Source: an uncultured Planctomycetales bacterium (GTDB lineage: Bacteria; Omnitrophota; Gorgyraeia; Zapsychrales; CAZBRU01). From it: a stretch of 64,000 bases of DNA. Both the position numbers and the translations under genes were made by a program. Positions 10,401-17,779 of this stretch are shown piece by piece (the stretch's first letter is position 1; every line of letters starts with the position of its first letter). The stretch is taken from assembly GCA_964515035.1 (NCBI GenBank), contig CAZEUO010000006.1:10103-74102 (forward strand), in the 5' to 3' direction. The notes under the pieces were generated by a model that made no database searches, was not told the DNA's origin, and saw only the letters and a list, made by a program, of their open reading frames with translations.

Positions 10401-10596
10401 CTTAGCGGTTGTCGCTGATGCCGAACAAATTATTCACGTCTCAATCAATAAAAAGAATAAGAATGATTTCGATTATTATTCTGGATCAATTGAAAATTTG
10501 GAAATTAATAATCGGGTTGTCGAAATTCTTGAAGGAACTATGCCTGCTTTCAATAATCGAAGATTAAAATATCGTAAATATTCTAATGATAATTAA
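7459..10596 (+). CDS. fusion protein: N-terminal PHP (polymerase/histidinol phosphatase-like) phosphoesterase domain + Rad50/SbcC/SMC-like ABC ATPase with long internal coiled coil
   Basis: PHP-like blocks: WDLHAQT, IGITDHNYEN, VVPGVEINVQGVHM, VYPHCNSSNG, FTLGSDARA. Walker A IIGNKGSGKSAITD. A ~280 aa K/E-rich coiled coil follows. ABC signature LSAGERGG, Walker B PLIIDQPEDNLD, H-loop IMVTHNP. Starts 7 nt after the mod stop. Confidence 0.6.
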   Translation: MSSKYPRGSEWRKWDLHAQTVLDDGYISIGQYLEEIKGISPEKYNELIRRVGTEDLVKKYDSKEYFFTDTQDDEKRRVENYSKLFLNFVDIFNAHIGVIGITDHNYENQYLLDCLVHKASDFNFQVVPGVEINVQGVHMLVYFGDKPYQKTTYAEGIKAFLSKINVTNRKTNNILTVCNKSYTDVINEIKELEAILVYPHCNSSNGLFQERGKTDRTHLADQFNHQSFNILQSKNKESADTVVSYVKARTELKSGLVFTLGSDARALKDILKPDKDENYCWIKADPTFEGLKQIIYEPDARVFIGKEPEIETRVRSNRTRYIKSLCIGQADKYNEAHGIWFKDESIEFSKELVAIIGNKGSGKSAITDIIGLLGNSHNQKYGKRDGSREELFSFLNKQKFLKPGYASNFKAALHWYDGEPAKMELDKEVDDNIPERVEYLPQKYLEKICANIDDDEFRGRLNEVIFEYVKEKFDYKNLEDLIKYLTSQADEDIKNSKFSLHEKNEEIVSVEKKLTTDYKKEIEEKIKIKEEEVTAHKKNKPPQKNEPPRNSEAAATGAAQIADIETKINDLIKHIDGLEEEQTAVSKQLEDLKHAKEAISRQETVLKDLKSKYKSFFDSLGLALDEVIKVSFHYEKIEKIVNGKKTRLQEIEGLLRTAEEINELEDDIVINDAQSKSLRLQLIQLENGKKNIIDQLSKPEQEYQEYLRQNSKWEARQKELVGDEQAPVVDTSNWLKQELKNIADAYTQNRDSLRKERKKILKDIFSKKQALVSFYNSVKESIDKEIGKYSEDLGSYNIAIEAGLRFNTSFYDEFFKYINQGIKGSFFGTEDGRGILKNLCEGVQGWQDEKDVVSILEDITNHLDNDQRKEVLSDDQARDIFKQMKQKKDPVEFYDYLFGLEFLQTKYDLKVDGKDLSQLSAGERGGLLLIFYLMLDKKEIPLIIDQPEDNLDNKSVYEILVTFLKRAKKRRQIIMVTHNPNLAVVADAEQIIHVSINKKNKNDFDYYSGSIENLEINNRVVEILEGTMPAFNNRRLKYRKYSNDN

Positions 10597-10621
10597 TGTA
10601 AGCTAGTTTCTTCCCGCAATC

Positions 10622-11119
10622 GTGGAAATTGAAATGTTTTCGAGAAAAAGAATAGAAGATTATCTTAAGAAAATTGAAAAGAGGTTTTTTATCGCTCCAC
10701 GCCAAAAGTTTAGTTTCTCCGAAAATTGGTTTCAGGAAATACCCTTGGAAGCTGGTATTTACGGTATTTTTAATCAAAATAAACTCATCTATATAGGGGA
10801 AACCGGTTCTCTTCGCGGAAGGATGCGTGATTTGGGAAGAACGGTTAATCATCAATTCCGAAGAAGTGTTGGGAAAAATATGTTCTCTCGTGTAAAAGGA
10901 TTCGAGGAAGCGAGCAGTAGAAAGAAATTTCCTCTTAACATTGAAAAAAAGCTAAATAAATGGATGGAACAAAAACTTGAAATCGCTGTTTTGCCAATTT
11001 TGTTTGGAAGAAAGGAAATTGAAGAATATATCTGTAAAGAATATAAACCAAAATGCAATACACGAGTTAAAAGGGAATGTAGAAAGATAAATGAAAATCA
11101 TCGAAATTTATCACTGTAA
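10622..11119 (+). CDS. GIY-YIG nuclease domain protein (standalone, 165 aa)
   Basis: GIYGIFNQNKLIYIGETGSLRGRMRDL matches the GIY...YIG...R core. Only a 25 nt gap follows the ATPase gene, with no terminator. Start may be GTG at 10622 or ATG at 10634. Confidence 0.6.
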   Translation: MEIEMFSRKRIEDYLKKIEKRFFIAPRQKFSFSENWFQEIPLEAGIYGIFNQNKLIYIGETGSLRGRMRDLGRTVNHQFRRSVGKNMFSRVKGFEEASSRKKFPLNIEKKLNKWMEQKLEIAVLPILFGRKEIEEYICKEYKPKCNTRVKRECRKINENHRNLSL

Positions 11120-11516
11120 TGTTAAAACTAAGCGGAAGCTGCCAATGTTTCTTTCAAGAGTTCGCGCCGGGTTTCCGTCCCCCGCAGATGATTACCTCGA
11201 CAAGAAACTGGACTTAAACGAACATCTGATTAAGCATCCCGCCGCTACTTTTTTTGTCAAAGTCAAAGGCGATTCGATGATAAAGGCGGGAATTAATTCG
11301 GGAGATATTCTGGTAGTTGATCGTTCGCTTGAACCAAAAGATAAGAAAATTGTTGTGGCGATACTAAATGGAGAGTTTACGGTCAAGCGAGTGCGAAAGA
11401 TGAAGGACAAATTATATCTGGTTTCAGAAAATGACGATTATCTGCCTATTGAAATCAAAGATGACGCGGAGTTTGAGATTTGGGGAGTAGTTGCCCATGT
11501 TATCCACTCAGTCTGA
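11091..11516 (+). CDS. umuD: UmuD (S24 LexA-like self-cleaving peptidase, TLS polymerase V accessory subunit)
   Basis: RAGFPSPADDYL...KVKGDSMIKAGINSGDILVVD aligns to the E. coli UmuD cleavage site (CG/FPSP) and the catalytic Ser (GDSM). Lys is in the C-terminal part. The full-length N-terminal arm is present if the start is 11091. Confidence 0.75.
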   Translation: MKIIEIYHCNVKTKRKLPMFLSRVRAGFPSPADDYLDKKLDLNEHLIKHPAATFFVKVKGDSMIKAGINSGDILVVDRSLEPKDKKIVVAILNGEFTVKRVRKMKDKLYLVSENDDYLPIEIKDDAEFEIWGVVAHVIHSV

Positions 11517-12810
11517 CAAAAAAGTTTTTGCCTTAGTTGACTGCAATAGTTTTTACGTTTCCTGCGAAAAAGTTTTTCATCCTTCCGTAAACAACAAGCC
11601 AGTTGTTGTGCTTTCCAATAATGACGGTTGCGCTATCTCACGCTCGAATGAAGCCAAGCGGATCGGTATTGGCATGGGTGCTCCTATATTCAAATGTCAG
11701 GATATTGTTAAACAACATGATGTGAAGGTTTTCTCAGCTAATTTTGTCCTCTATGGCGATATGTCTAATCGGGTTATGGCTGTGCTTTCGAATTTTACAC
11801 CGAATCTTGAAATCTATTCGATTGATGAAGCTTTCCTTTTATTAAACGGCTTTGAACACTTGAATCTTGAGGACTATGCACGCAAGATTAAGGGAGAGGT
11901 TAAAAAACAAACCGGAATCCCTGTCTCAATTGGTGTTGCGCCGACCAAAACTTTGGCGAAAGTTGCTAATCATTATGCCAAAGACCATCCGGAAGCAAAT
12001 GGGGTATTTACCTTAATGGATGATGATAAGATTGAGCGTATCTTGTCACAAACACCGGTTAGAGAGATTTGGGGCATCGGTAAAGAAAAGGCCATATTCT
12101 TGGAACGACACGGCATAAAAACAGCGTTTGAATTACGAAATACCAGTGATGAATGGATCAAGAAACATCTGACTATCGTTACCCTACGCACGGTTTGGGA
12201 ATTAAGAGGAACCCCGTGTTTGTCTCTGGAAAAGGTGCAACCCAATAAGAAAGCCATTGCAACAACCAGAACTTTTGGTTATGAAGTTAATTGTTTGGCG
12301 GAAATGGAAGAGGCGGTCGCGGCGTATGTCAGCCGTTCGGCAGAGAAGTTAAGAAAACAAAAATCACTGGCCAGTTACATTCAAGTGTTTATTGAGACTA
12401 ATCCTTTCAAAGACACGCCTTACTATCGGAATTCAGCCGGAACGGATGTTAATCCACCAACGGCCTACACACCAAGATTGATTGAAGTTGCTAAGGAGCT
12501 TTTAAAACGTATTTACCGAGATGGCTTACGCTATAAAAGCTGTGGAGTCTTTTTAATGAATCTTTGCCCTCAAACGAACGAACAGGATTATTTGTTTGAA
12601 GAAAAATATCAAGGAAGCTCACGAGAAAGGCTCATGCAGATTATGGATCGTTATAATCGCGGTGCTAATAGCGGAAAACTTTTTATGGCCGCTGAAGGGT
12701 TGGGTAAGCCATGGTTTATGAAACAAGCGCATAAATCCAAGCGATTCACAACACGGTGGGACGAACTGTTAACAATAAACCTTGAAAGGAATAAAAATGC
12801 CACCAAGTGA
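11491..12810 (+). CDS. umuC: UmuC / Y-family translesion DNA polymerase V catalytic subunit
   Basis: N-terminus FALVDCNSFYVSCEKVFHP...PVVVLSNNDGCAI is near-canonical UmuC. Overlaps umuD as in umuDC operons. Confidence 0.85.
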   Translation: MPMLSTQSDKKVFALVDCNSFYVSCEKVFHPSVNNKPVVVLSNNDGCAISRSNEAKRIGIGMGAPIFKCQDIVKQHDVKVFSANFVLYGDMSNRVMAVLSNFTPNLEIYSIDEAFLLLNGFEHLNLEDYARKIKGEVKKQTGIPVSIGVAPTKTLAKVANHYAKDHPEANGVFTLMDDDKIERILSQTPVREIWGIGKEKAIFLERHGIKTAFELRNTSDEWIKKHLTIVTLRTVWELRGTPCLSLEKVQPNKKAIATTRTFGYEVNCLAEMEEAVAAYVSRSAEKLRKQKSLASYIQVFIETNPFKDTPYYRNSAGTDVNPPTAYTPRLIEVAKELLKRIYRDGLRYKSCGVFLMNLCPQTNEQDYLFEEKYQGSSRERLMQIMDRYNRGANSGKLFMAAEGLGKPWFMKQAHKSKRFTTRWDELLTINLERNKNATK

Positions 12811-13126
12811 GAGGTCAATGCAAATTGCTGGAAAATTCTCTGAATATGCAAAATCTGGTGACGATGCTTTAATACAAAATTTTACGGAAAATGAAATTAA
12901 GTTAACATTAATACAATATGCGCAAGATAAGAGATTTCCTCATTACAGTGCAATGGAAATGCAATTGCAAAAACTACAAGAACAAAAAAGAGAGTTATTA
13001 AGCCAGAATGAAAGAGAAGCAGAAAGGAAAGAAGGCTATAAAAATGGATTGATTACAGGCATTATTAGCGGTGTAATTGGTGGGATTATTTTAGCTGTAA
13101 TTTTGAAATTATTGGGATTAGGATAA
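12782..13126 (+). CDS. hypothetical small protein with C-terminal transmembrane helix
   Basis: 114 aa with coiled-coil-like middle and hydrophobic C-terminus GLITGIISGVIGGIILAVILKLLGLG. No recognisable family. Confidence 0.3.
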   Translation: MKGIKMPPSERSMQIAGKFSEYAKSGDDALIQNFTENEIKLTLIQYAQDKRFPHYSAMEMQLQKLQEQKRELLSQNEREAERKEGYKNGLITGIISGVIGGIILAVILKLLGLG

Positions 13127-13128
13127 TT

Positions 13129-13791
13129 ATGTGCGGACGATATTCACAAACAAAATCCAAGCAGGATATTAAAAAGCGGTTCAATCTTAAGAAAGTCCCG
13201 GATGAAATGGGACCCCTTTTTAATATTGCGCCAGATTCAAATGTGCCAGTTATCTTAAATGAATCATCAGATGAAATAACTTTGGCAAGATGGGGGCTTG
13301 TGCCTTCATGGTCAAAAGAGGAGGAGTCACCTTATAGTATGATAAACGCAAGGGCAGAGACAATCTTAGAAAAGCCTTCCTACAAAAGGCTGATTAAAAA
13401 TAAACGCTGTTTGATCATTGCCGATTCGTTCTACGAATGGAAAAAAGTAAAAGGTAAAAAATTCCCTCACAGGATCATGCTTGAAAGCGAAGACTTATTC
13501 GCTTTTGCAGGATTATGGGATCTCTGGGAAGGAAATGGCAATTCCTTAATTAGCTGTTCCATTATTACTACGACCCCCAATAAGCTTTGTGTTACGATTC
13601 ATGACAGGATGCCAGTCATTTTGCCAAGAGAAAGAGAGAAAGACTGGCTGTCTGATATTACCGTTGAGGATGCCATTAAACTTCTTCAACCCTGCGCCGA
13701 TGGCATGAAATGCTGTGAAATTTCCTTAAAAATCAACAATCCTCAAAACAATTCTCCCGACGTGATTTTACCGTTCAAAAGCCAACCTTAA
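13129..13791 (+). CDS. SOS-response-associated peptidase (SRAP/YedK family), abasic-site DNA-protein crosslinking protein
   Basis: Begins MCGRYS (invariant Cys2 nucleophile of SRAP). About 220 aa, with the WGLVPSW motif. Confidence 0.85.
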   Translation: MCGRYSQTKSKQDIKKRFNLKKVPDEMGPLFNIAPDSNVPVILNESSDEITLARWGLVPSWSKEEESPYSMINARAETILEKPSYKRLIKNKRCLIIADSFYEWKKVKGKKFPHRIMLESEDLFAFAGLWDLWEGNGNSLISCSIITTTPNKLCVTIHDRMPVILPREREKDWLSDITVEDAIKLLQPCADGMKCCEISLKINNPQNNSPDVILPFKSQP

Positions 13792-13801
13792 AAATTTCAC
13801 C

Positions 13802-13830
13802 TTGACAAAATCGATTATATTGATTATACT
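13802..13830 (+). promoter_or_regulatory. sigma70-like promoter (TTGACA-17-TATACT) upstream of the T4SS/transfer gene block
   Basis: TTGACA aaatcgattatattgat TATACT read directly. Followed by a 10-nt inverted repeat cgtaaaaatc/gatttttacg at about 13868..13910. Confidence 0.35.
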
Positions 13831-13946
13831 TCAAATGTAATTGATGAATAATCAACACTCGTTCCCCGCGTAAAAATCCCTTACCGTAGTAACCTAGCCT
13901 GATTTTTACGTTCCCTGTAGAAAAGTTCCCCCAAGGACTGCTATAC

Positions 13947-14687
13947 ATGGATCGTATCCCTCAAAAATTACTGATTCTTAAGTTTATTGTCGAACAAGGC
14001 GTTGTAACCTTAGAGGACATTAAACAATTCCTGAATATTCCCAATGATTCCGGTTCTATCCGGGTTTCTCTTTATCAGCTGGGAATCTCTCACATAAAAT
14101 ACGGAAAAATACCTCATGGTGTCTGGTATGTCAGTAATTCACAGTCTATTGAATTGCTAAGGACATATTTCAGGGAATTACCGCAATTTCCCATCCGCAG
14201 GATTCATCTCCATTTGGTCCCGCACTCTTTGGGGATGAACCGAATCCGCATTATTCTACAAAAAAGCCAAAACATAAAAGTTAGCGCGTGGTGGTCAGAA
14301 CATTATATCCGCGCCCTTACCCCGGATATGCGTTTTGGGATTTTGATGTCTAAAATCCCGGATGCTATCTTCTGGCGTGATCGTTGTAACGGAACGCAAC
14401 AAAAATTCTTTTTGGAATACGAAAGAACCTTAAAAAGTAAAGCCAGATATATGGACCTTTTTCGATATTACTCTCAACGTAACGACGTATTAAACCGTAA
14501 TGTTATTTATATTTGCGAAAACGATACGATCAAAACCGAACTGGAAAAAATTGAACAATTTTTAGTCAAGTCAGGAAGGATGGAAAGTACCGGGCTTTAT
14601 TTCCAATTTATTACTTTTGAAAAATTCTGCCTTCAATATTCAATCCAAAACCCAATTCAAAAGGAGGAAGAGGTATGCGTAAATTAA
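13947..14687 (+). CDS. hypothetical winged-helix-like protein, first gene of the transfer block; possible relaxosome/replication-relaxation-type component
   Basis: 246 aa. N-terminal region resembles wHTH. Contains the His-rich segment RRIHLHLVPH (HUH-like). No confident family assignment. Confidence 0.3.
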   Translation: MDRIPQKLLILKFIVEQGVVTLEDIKQFLNIPNDSGSIRVSLYQLGISHIKYGKIPHGVWYVSNSQSIELLRTYFRELPQFPIRRIHLHLVPHSLGMNRIRIILQKSQNIKVSAWWSEHYIRALTPDMRFGILMSKIPDAIFWRDRCNGTQQKFFLEYERTLKSKARYMDLFRYYSQRNDVLNRNVIYICENDTIKTELEKIEQFLVKSGRMESTGLYFQFITFEKFCLQYSIQNPIQKEEEVCVN

Positions 14688-14968
14688 ACAAATTGTTTAA
14701 TTCAAGGATAGGCAAGTGTTTGATGATTTTGGGTCTGTTATGTGTTTTAACCACATCTGCCTGGGCCGACCTTGAAAGCGGCATGGAAGAGCTTCAGTCA
14801 AAGATATTCAACATTTCGACGCCTTTGGCGATCATCTTCCTGATTATTGCCGCATGGCAAAAGGCAATGGGCAATGACACGCTTTTTTTCGCGTCTCTCG
14901 TGGGGACGATCATCATGTTTGCCGCGCCTCAGATTGTGCAATTCATAAGTGCGTCATTTGGAGGTTAA
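14675..14968 (+). CDS. VirB2/TrbC-like T4SS pilin
   Basis: 97 aa with signal-like N-terminus and two hydrophobic segments (LAIIFLIIAAW; LVGTIIMFAAPQIV). Sits immediately before VirB3/B4. Confidence 0.5.
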   Translation: MRKLNKLFNSRIGKCLMILGLLCVLTTSAWADLESGMEELQSKIFNISTPLAIIFLIIAAWQKAMGNDTLFFASLVGTIIMFAAPQIVQFISASFGG

Positions 14969-14971
14969 CTT

Positions 14972-17779
14972 ATGCGTAATTTCAGCGAACGATGCTTAAG
15001 GAATCTGCAAGATAGGATGATAATCCTCGGCTTTGAAGGTTGGGATATCTTTATCGTGATTGGCACAGCTTTAATTCTGCAATCCTTCCATATCCATAAT
15101 CTTGTTCTTTGGTTGACAATCGGCGCAACCGGAGGTTTCCTCTATTTTATCAAACGGGGTAAACCGCCGAATGCCACGGAACATTTTGTTGACTGGTTTT
15201 TAAAGGAAAAACGTTTTACGGCAATTCCGCAAATCATCGGCGAATCATTAAAAGGAAGGCCGTTAGATATCAAACTCAATTCATTGCAAACCTTATTGCC
15301 CTATGGGCACTTGGAAGATAACTATTTAATATTCTGCGACGATTCCCTTTCGGTCAGTTATGAAATCAGCTGTCCGCCACTGGATAATCTTTCCAATGAC
15401 GAACTAATTGCCTATTCCCAGCGTATCGAAACTTTTTTAAACAGTTTAACCGATAAGGCTACTTACCAGATTTTCTTTACTCTCGATAGCAATTATCAAA
15501 AGGAAATTGAGGAGCATAAAGCCATTAAGTCGACGCACCCCTTGATTAAGATCATGCACAGCCAAAGAATCGAGAAATTCGAAGAACTGCAAAAACAGAA
15601 AGTCTTAAGGCGAAGGCGTTGTTTTCTATTTGTTAATTACGCCGGTTCTAAGGCTAATCAGAAAAAAATAAGCCTATTAAATAAGTTTAAACAAAGCCGG
15701 AAACTGATCAATGAAGATGTCGATCTCTTGAAACGTGACCTGACCTTTATCCTTCAGCCCATCGAGGACAGCATAAAGGCGGCTGGATTTAGTTTTAAGC
15801 GGTTGTCGCAAGATGAAATCATGGCCTTGATTTACAAATATTTGAATCCGGATCGAGAGAAACAAGGTTTGCTATGCGCCAGGCTAAAGGACAGCCAAAT
15901 GTTTGGCCGGCAGGTTTGCTGTTCAGACTTATTGATAGATGAAAACAAAGGGGAATACCTGCATTTTGGCGGCTTTTACCATAAATACATTACCTTAAAA
16001 GTCCTTCCGGAAACAACCGAGCCCGGGATGTTGGCCTATCTGTCCCAACTATCTTTCTCGGAATTCGATGTGATTGTCAATTTTGAGGCACCGGCCAAAG
16101 AATGGGGGCGAAAGAAAATCGAATCCATGCGAAAGCGCGAATACGGCAACATGGTCGGCCTCTTTAATATCGTCAATAAAGACGCCCAAACAAAAGTCGC
16201 CCAGTATGAAACGCTTCTTGAGGAAACCCAACAAAATAATCAAAAACTTTTCCGTATGCAGCTGACTCTGCATGTTTACGGTGAGGAAATGGAGGATGTT
16301 AAGAAAAAGACTGTTGAAGTTATCCGTATATTTTCCAGCCTTAACGGCGCGGAAATGCATGATGAACGCTGGGGCGCGGTTAAACCGATATTTCTAGGGA
16401 CCTTGCCCGGATGGACCAAAGAATCATCGAGGTGGTTATTGTTGAAATCCCTTCATTTGGCGGATTTTTTGCCGTTTTTCTCCGAATTTAAAGGGAGCGG
16501 ATCGGCACAATGCCTATTCTTTAATACAACTCAAGGCTTGGCCTCTTATGATCCGTTTTCGGAGGAATTGACCGCTTTTAATACCGTAGTTGTAGGCGCA
16601 TCGGGGAGCGGAAAAAGCTTCACCATCAATCAAATTATCAATCAATACAGCAAAAACGACCCCGTGGAAATATTTATCGATATTGGTGGTTCATACAAGC
16701 GTCAAGTCATCTTAAAAAACGGCGAGTATATCAACTTAGGCCTAAAAGAGAAATTCACCATCAATCTTTTTGATTTATCAAAGAATAAGCGGTTTAGAGA
16801 TTTTAACGAAGAGGAACAAAACGAAATCCTTATCATTAAGACCAAAACCATTGCCCAAATGATGGGTGGGCTGGCTCGATTTAAAGAATCCGACCAAATA
16901 GTGGAAGATTTTATCTTTCGAAGCGTTGCCTTTCTGTATGAAAGAGTTGACTATCCCATCTTAAGCGATCTTAAGGAAGTTTTGAAATCCGTATCCCAAA
17001 ACAACAAACAATTACAGCCGTTTCTTGAGCCGGTTATCGGGTTGTTGGGAATCTGGTTTAAAGGCGGGCAGTATGGCAATTACACCGATGGCCCTTCGAC
17101 AATATCCTTAGATAACAGCGTTATTTGTTTTGATTTAAAAGGCCTTAGTCAATTCGAAAGGCTTCAGGCGGTCATGCTGACTATCGTAACAAACTTTATT
17201 TGGGGAAAAATCATGAGTGAGCCCGGGCGCCGCAAATTCGTTATTTTCGATGAGTGCTGGAAACTACTTAGTACCCCGGAAGCGGCCACTTTTATCGCCG
17301 AATGCTACCGAACCTTTCGAAAATACGGCGCAGGGGCCATTTCGGTCACTCAATCTTTAAGCGACTTTTTGGGATGCGGCTTGGAAGATGCCATACTGGG
17401 CAATTCCAATACGCGATTTATTCTGCGCCAAAATTCTGCTCCCACGGTTGAACAGATTATTAAATACTTCAACTTTAATGAACAGGAGAGAAGGCTTGTT
17501 GAATCTCTACAGATTAAAAAAGGTGAGTATTCGGAAGTCTTTTTCTCGCAATCCAAGGAGTTAAAAAACATCAGCGCCAAGATGGTGATCTGGCCTACGC
17601 CGATTGAATATTGGGTTGCGACAACCGATTCGAGAGATTTGGGCCATTATGAAAATACCAGACAGCGGTTTCCGAAACTGAACTTGTACGAATCATTACA
17701 AAAATGCGCAAAAGAATTTCCGCATGGTGTTGGAAATTCAACATTCATTCAAGAAGGGGGGCCAAATGCGTTCATTTAA
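14972..17779 (+). CDS. virB4: VirB3::VirB4 fusion, T4SS ATPase (TrbE/CagE family)
   Basis: N-terminal two-TM VirB3-like segment. Walker A VVVGASGSGKSF. Walker B FVIFDECWKLL. 935 aa. Confidence 0.85.
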   Translation: MRNFSERCLRNLQDRMIILGFEGWDIFIVIGTALILQSFHIHNLVLWLTIGATGGFLYFIKRGKPPNATEHFVDWFLKEKRFTAIPQIIGESLKGRPLDIKLNSLQTLLPYGHLEDNYLIFCDDSLSVSYEISCPPLDNLSNDELIAYSQRIETFLNSLTDKATYQIFFTLDSNYQKEIEEHKAIKSTHPLIKIMHSQRIEKFEELQKQKVLRRRRCFLFVNYAGSKANQKKISLLNKFKQSRKLINEDVDLLKRDLTFILQPIEDSIKAAGFSFKRLSQDEIMALIYKYLNPDREKQGLLCARLKDSQMFGRQVCCSDLLIDENKGEYLHFGGFYHKYITLKVLPETTEPGMLAYLSQLSFSEFDVIVNFEAPAKEWGRKKIESMRKREYGNMVGLFNIVNKDAQTKVAQYETLLEETQQNNQKLFRMQLTLHVYGEEMEDVKKKTVEVIRIFSSLNGAEMHDERWGAVKPIFLGTLPGWTKESSRWLLLKSLHLADFLPFFSEFKGSGSAQCLFFNTTQGLASYDPFSEELTAFNTVVVGASGSGKSFTINQIINQYSKNDPVEIFIDIGGSYKRQVILKNGEYINLGLKEKFTINLFDLSKNKRFRDFNEEEQNEILIIKTKTIAQMMGGLARFKESDQIVEDFIFRSVAFLYERVDYPILSDLKEVLKSVSQNNKQLQPFLEPVIGLLGIWFKGGQYGNYTDGPSTISLDNSVICFDLKGLSQFERLQAVMLTIVTNFIWGKIMSEPGRRKFVIFDECWKLLSTPEAATFIAECYRTFRKYGAGAISVTQSLSDFLGCGLEDAILGNSNTRFILRQNSAPTVEQIIKYFNFNEQERRLVESLQIKKGEYSEVFFSQSKELKNISAKMVIWPTPIEYWVATTDSRDLGHYENTRQRFPKLNLYESLQKCAKEFPHGVGNSTFIQEGGPNAFI

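Noticed and set aside
10583-10855. Minus-strand 90-aa ORF spanning the ATPase / GIY-YIG junction
   Set aside because: Antisense to the well-supported GIY-YIG motif-bearing frame, with no recognisable domain. It is a typical shadow ORF in AT-rich DNA.
10597-11150. LexA/SOS box upstream of umuD
   Set aside because: No palindrome resembling known LexA operators is present. The region is coding (GIY-YIG gene), so SOS control, if any, must be elsewhere or use an unknown motif.
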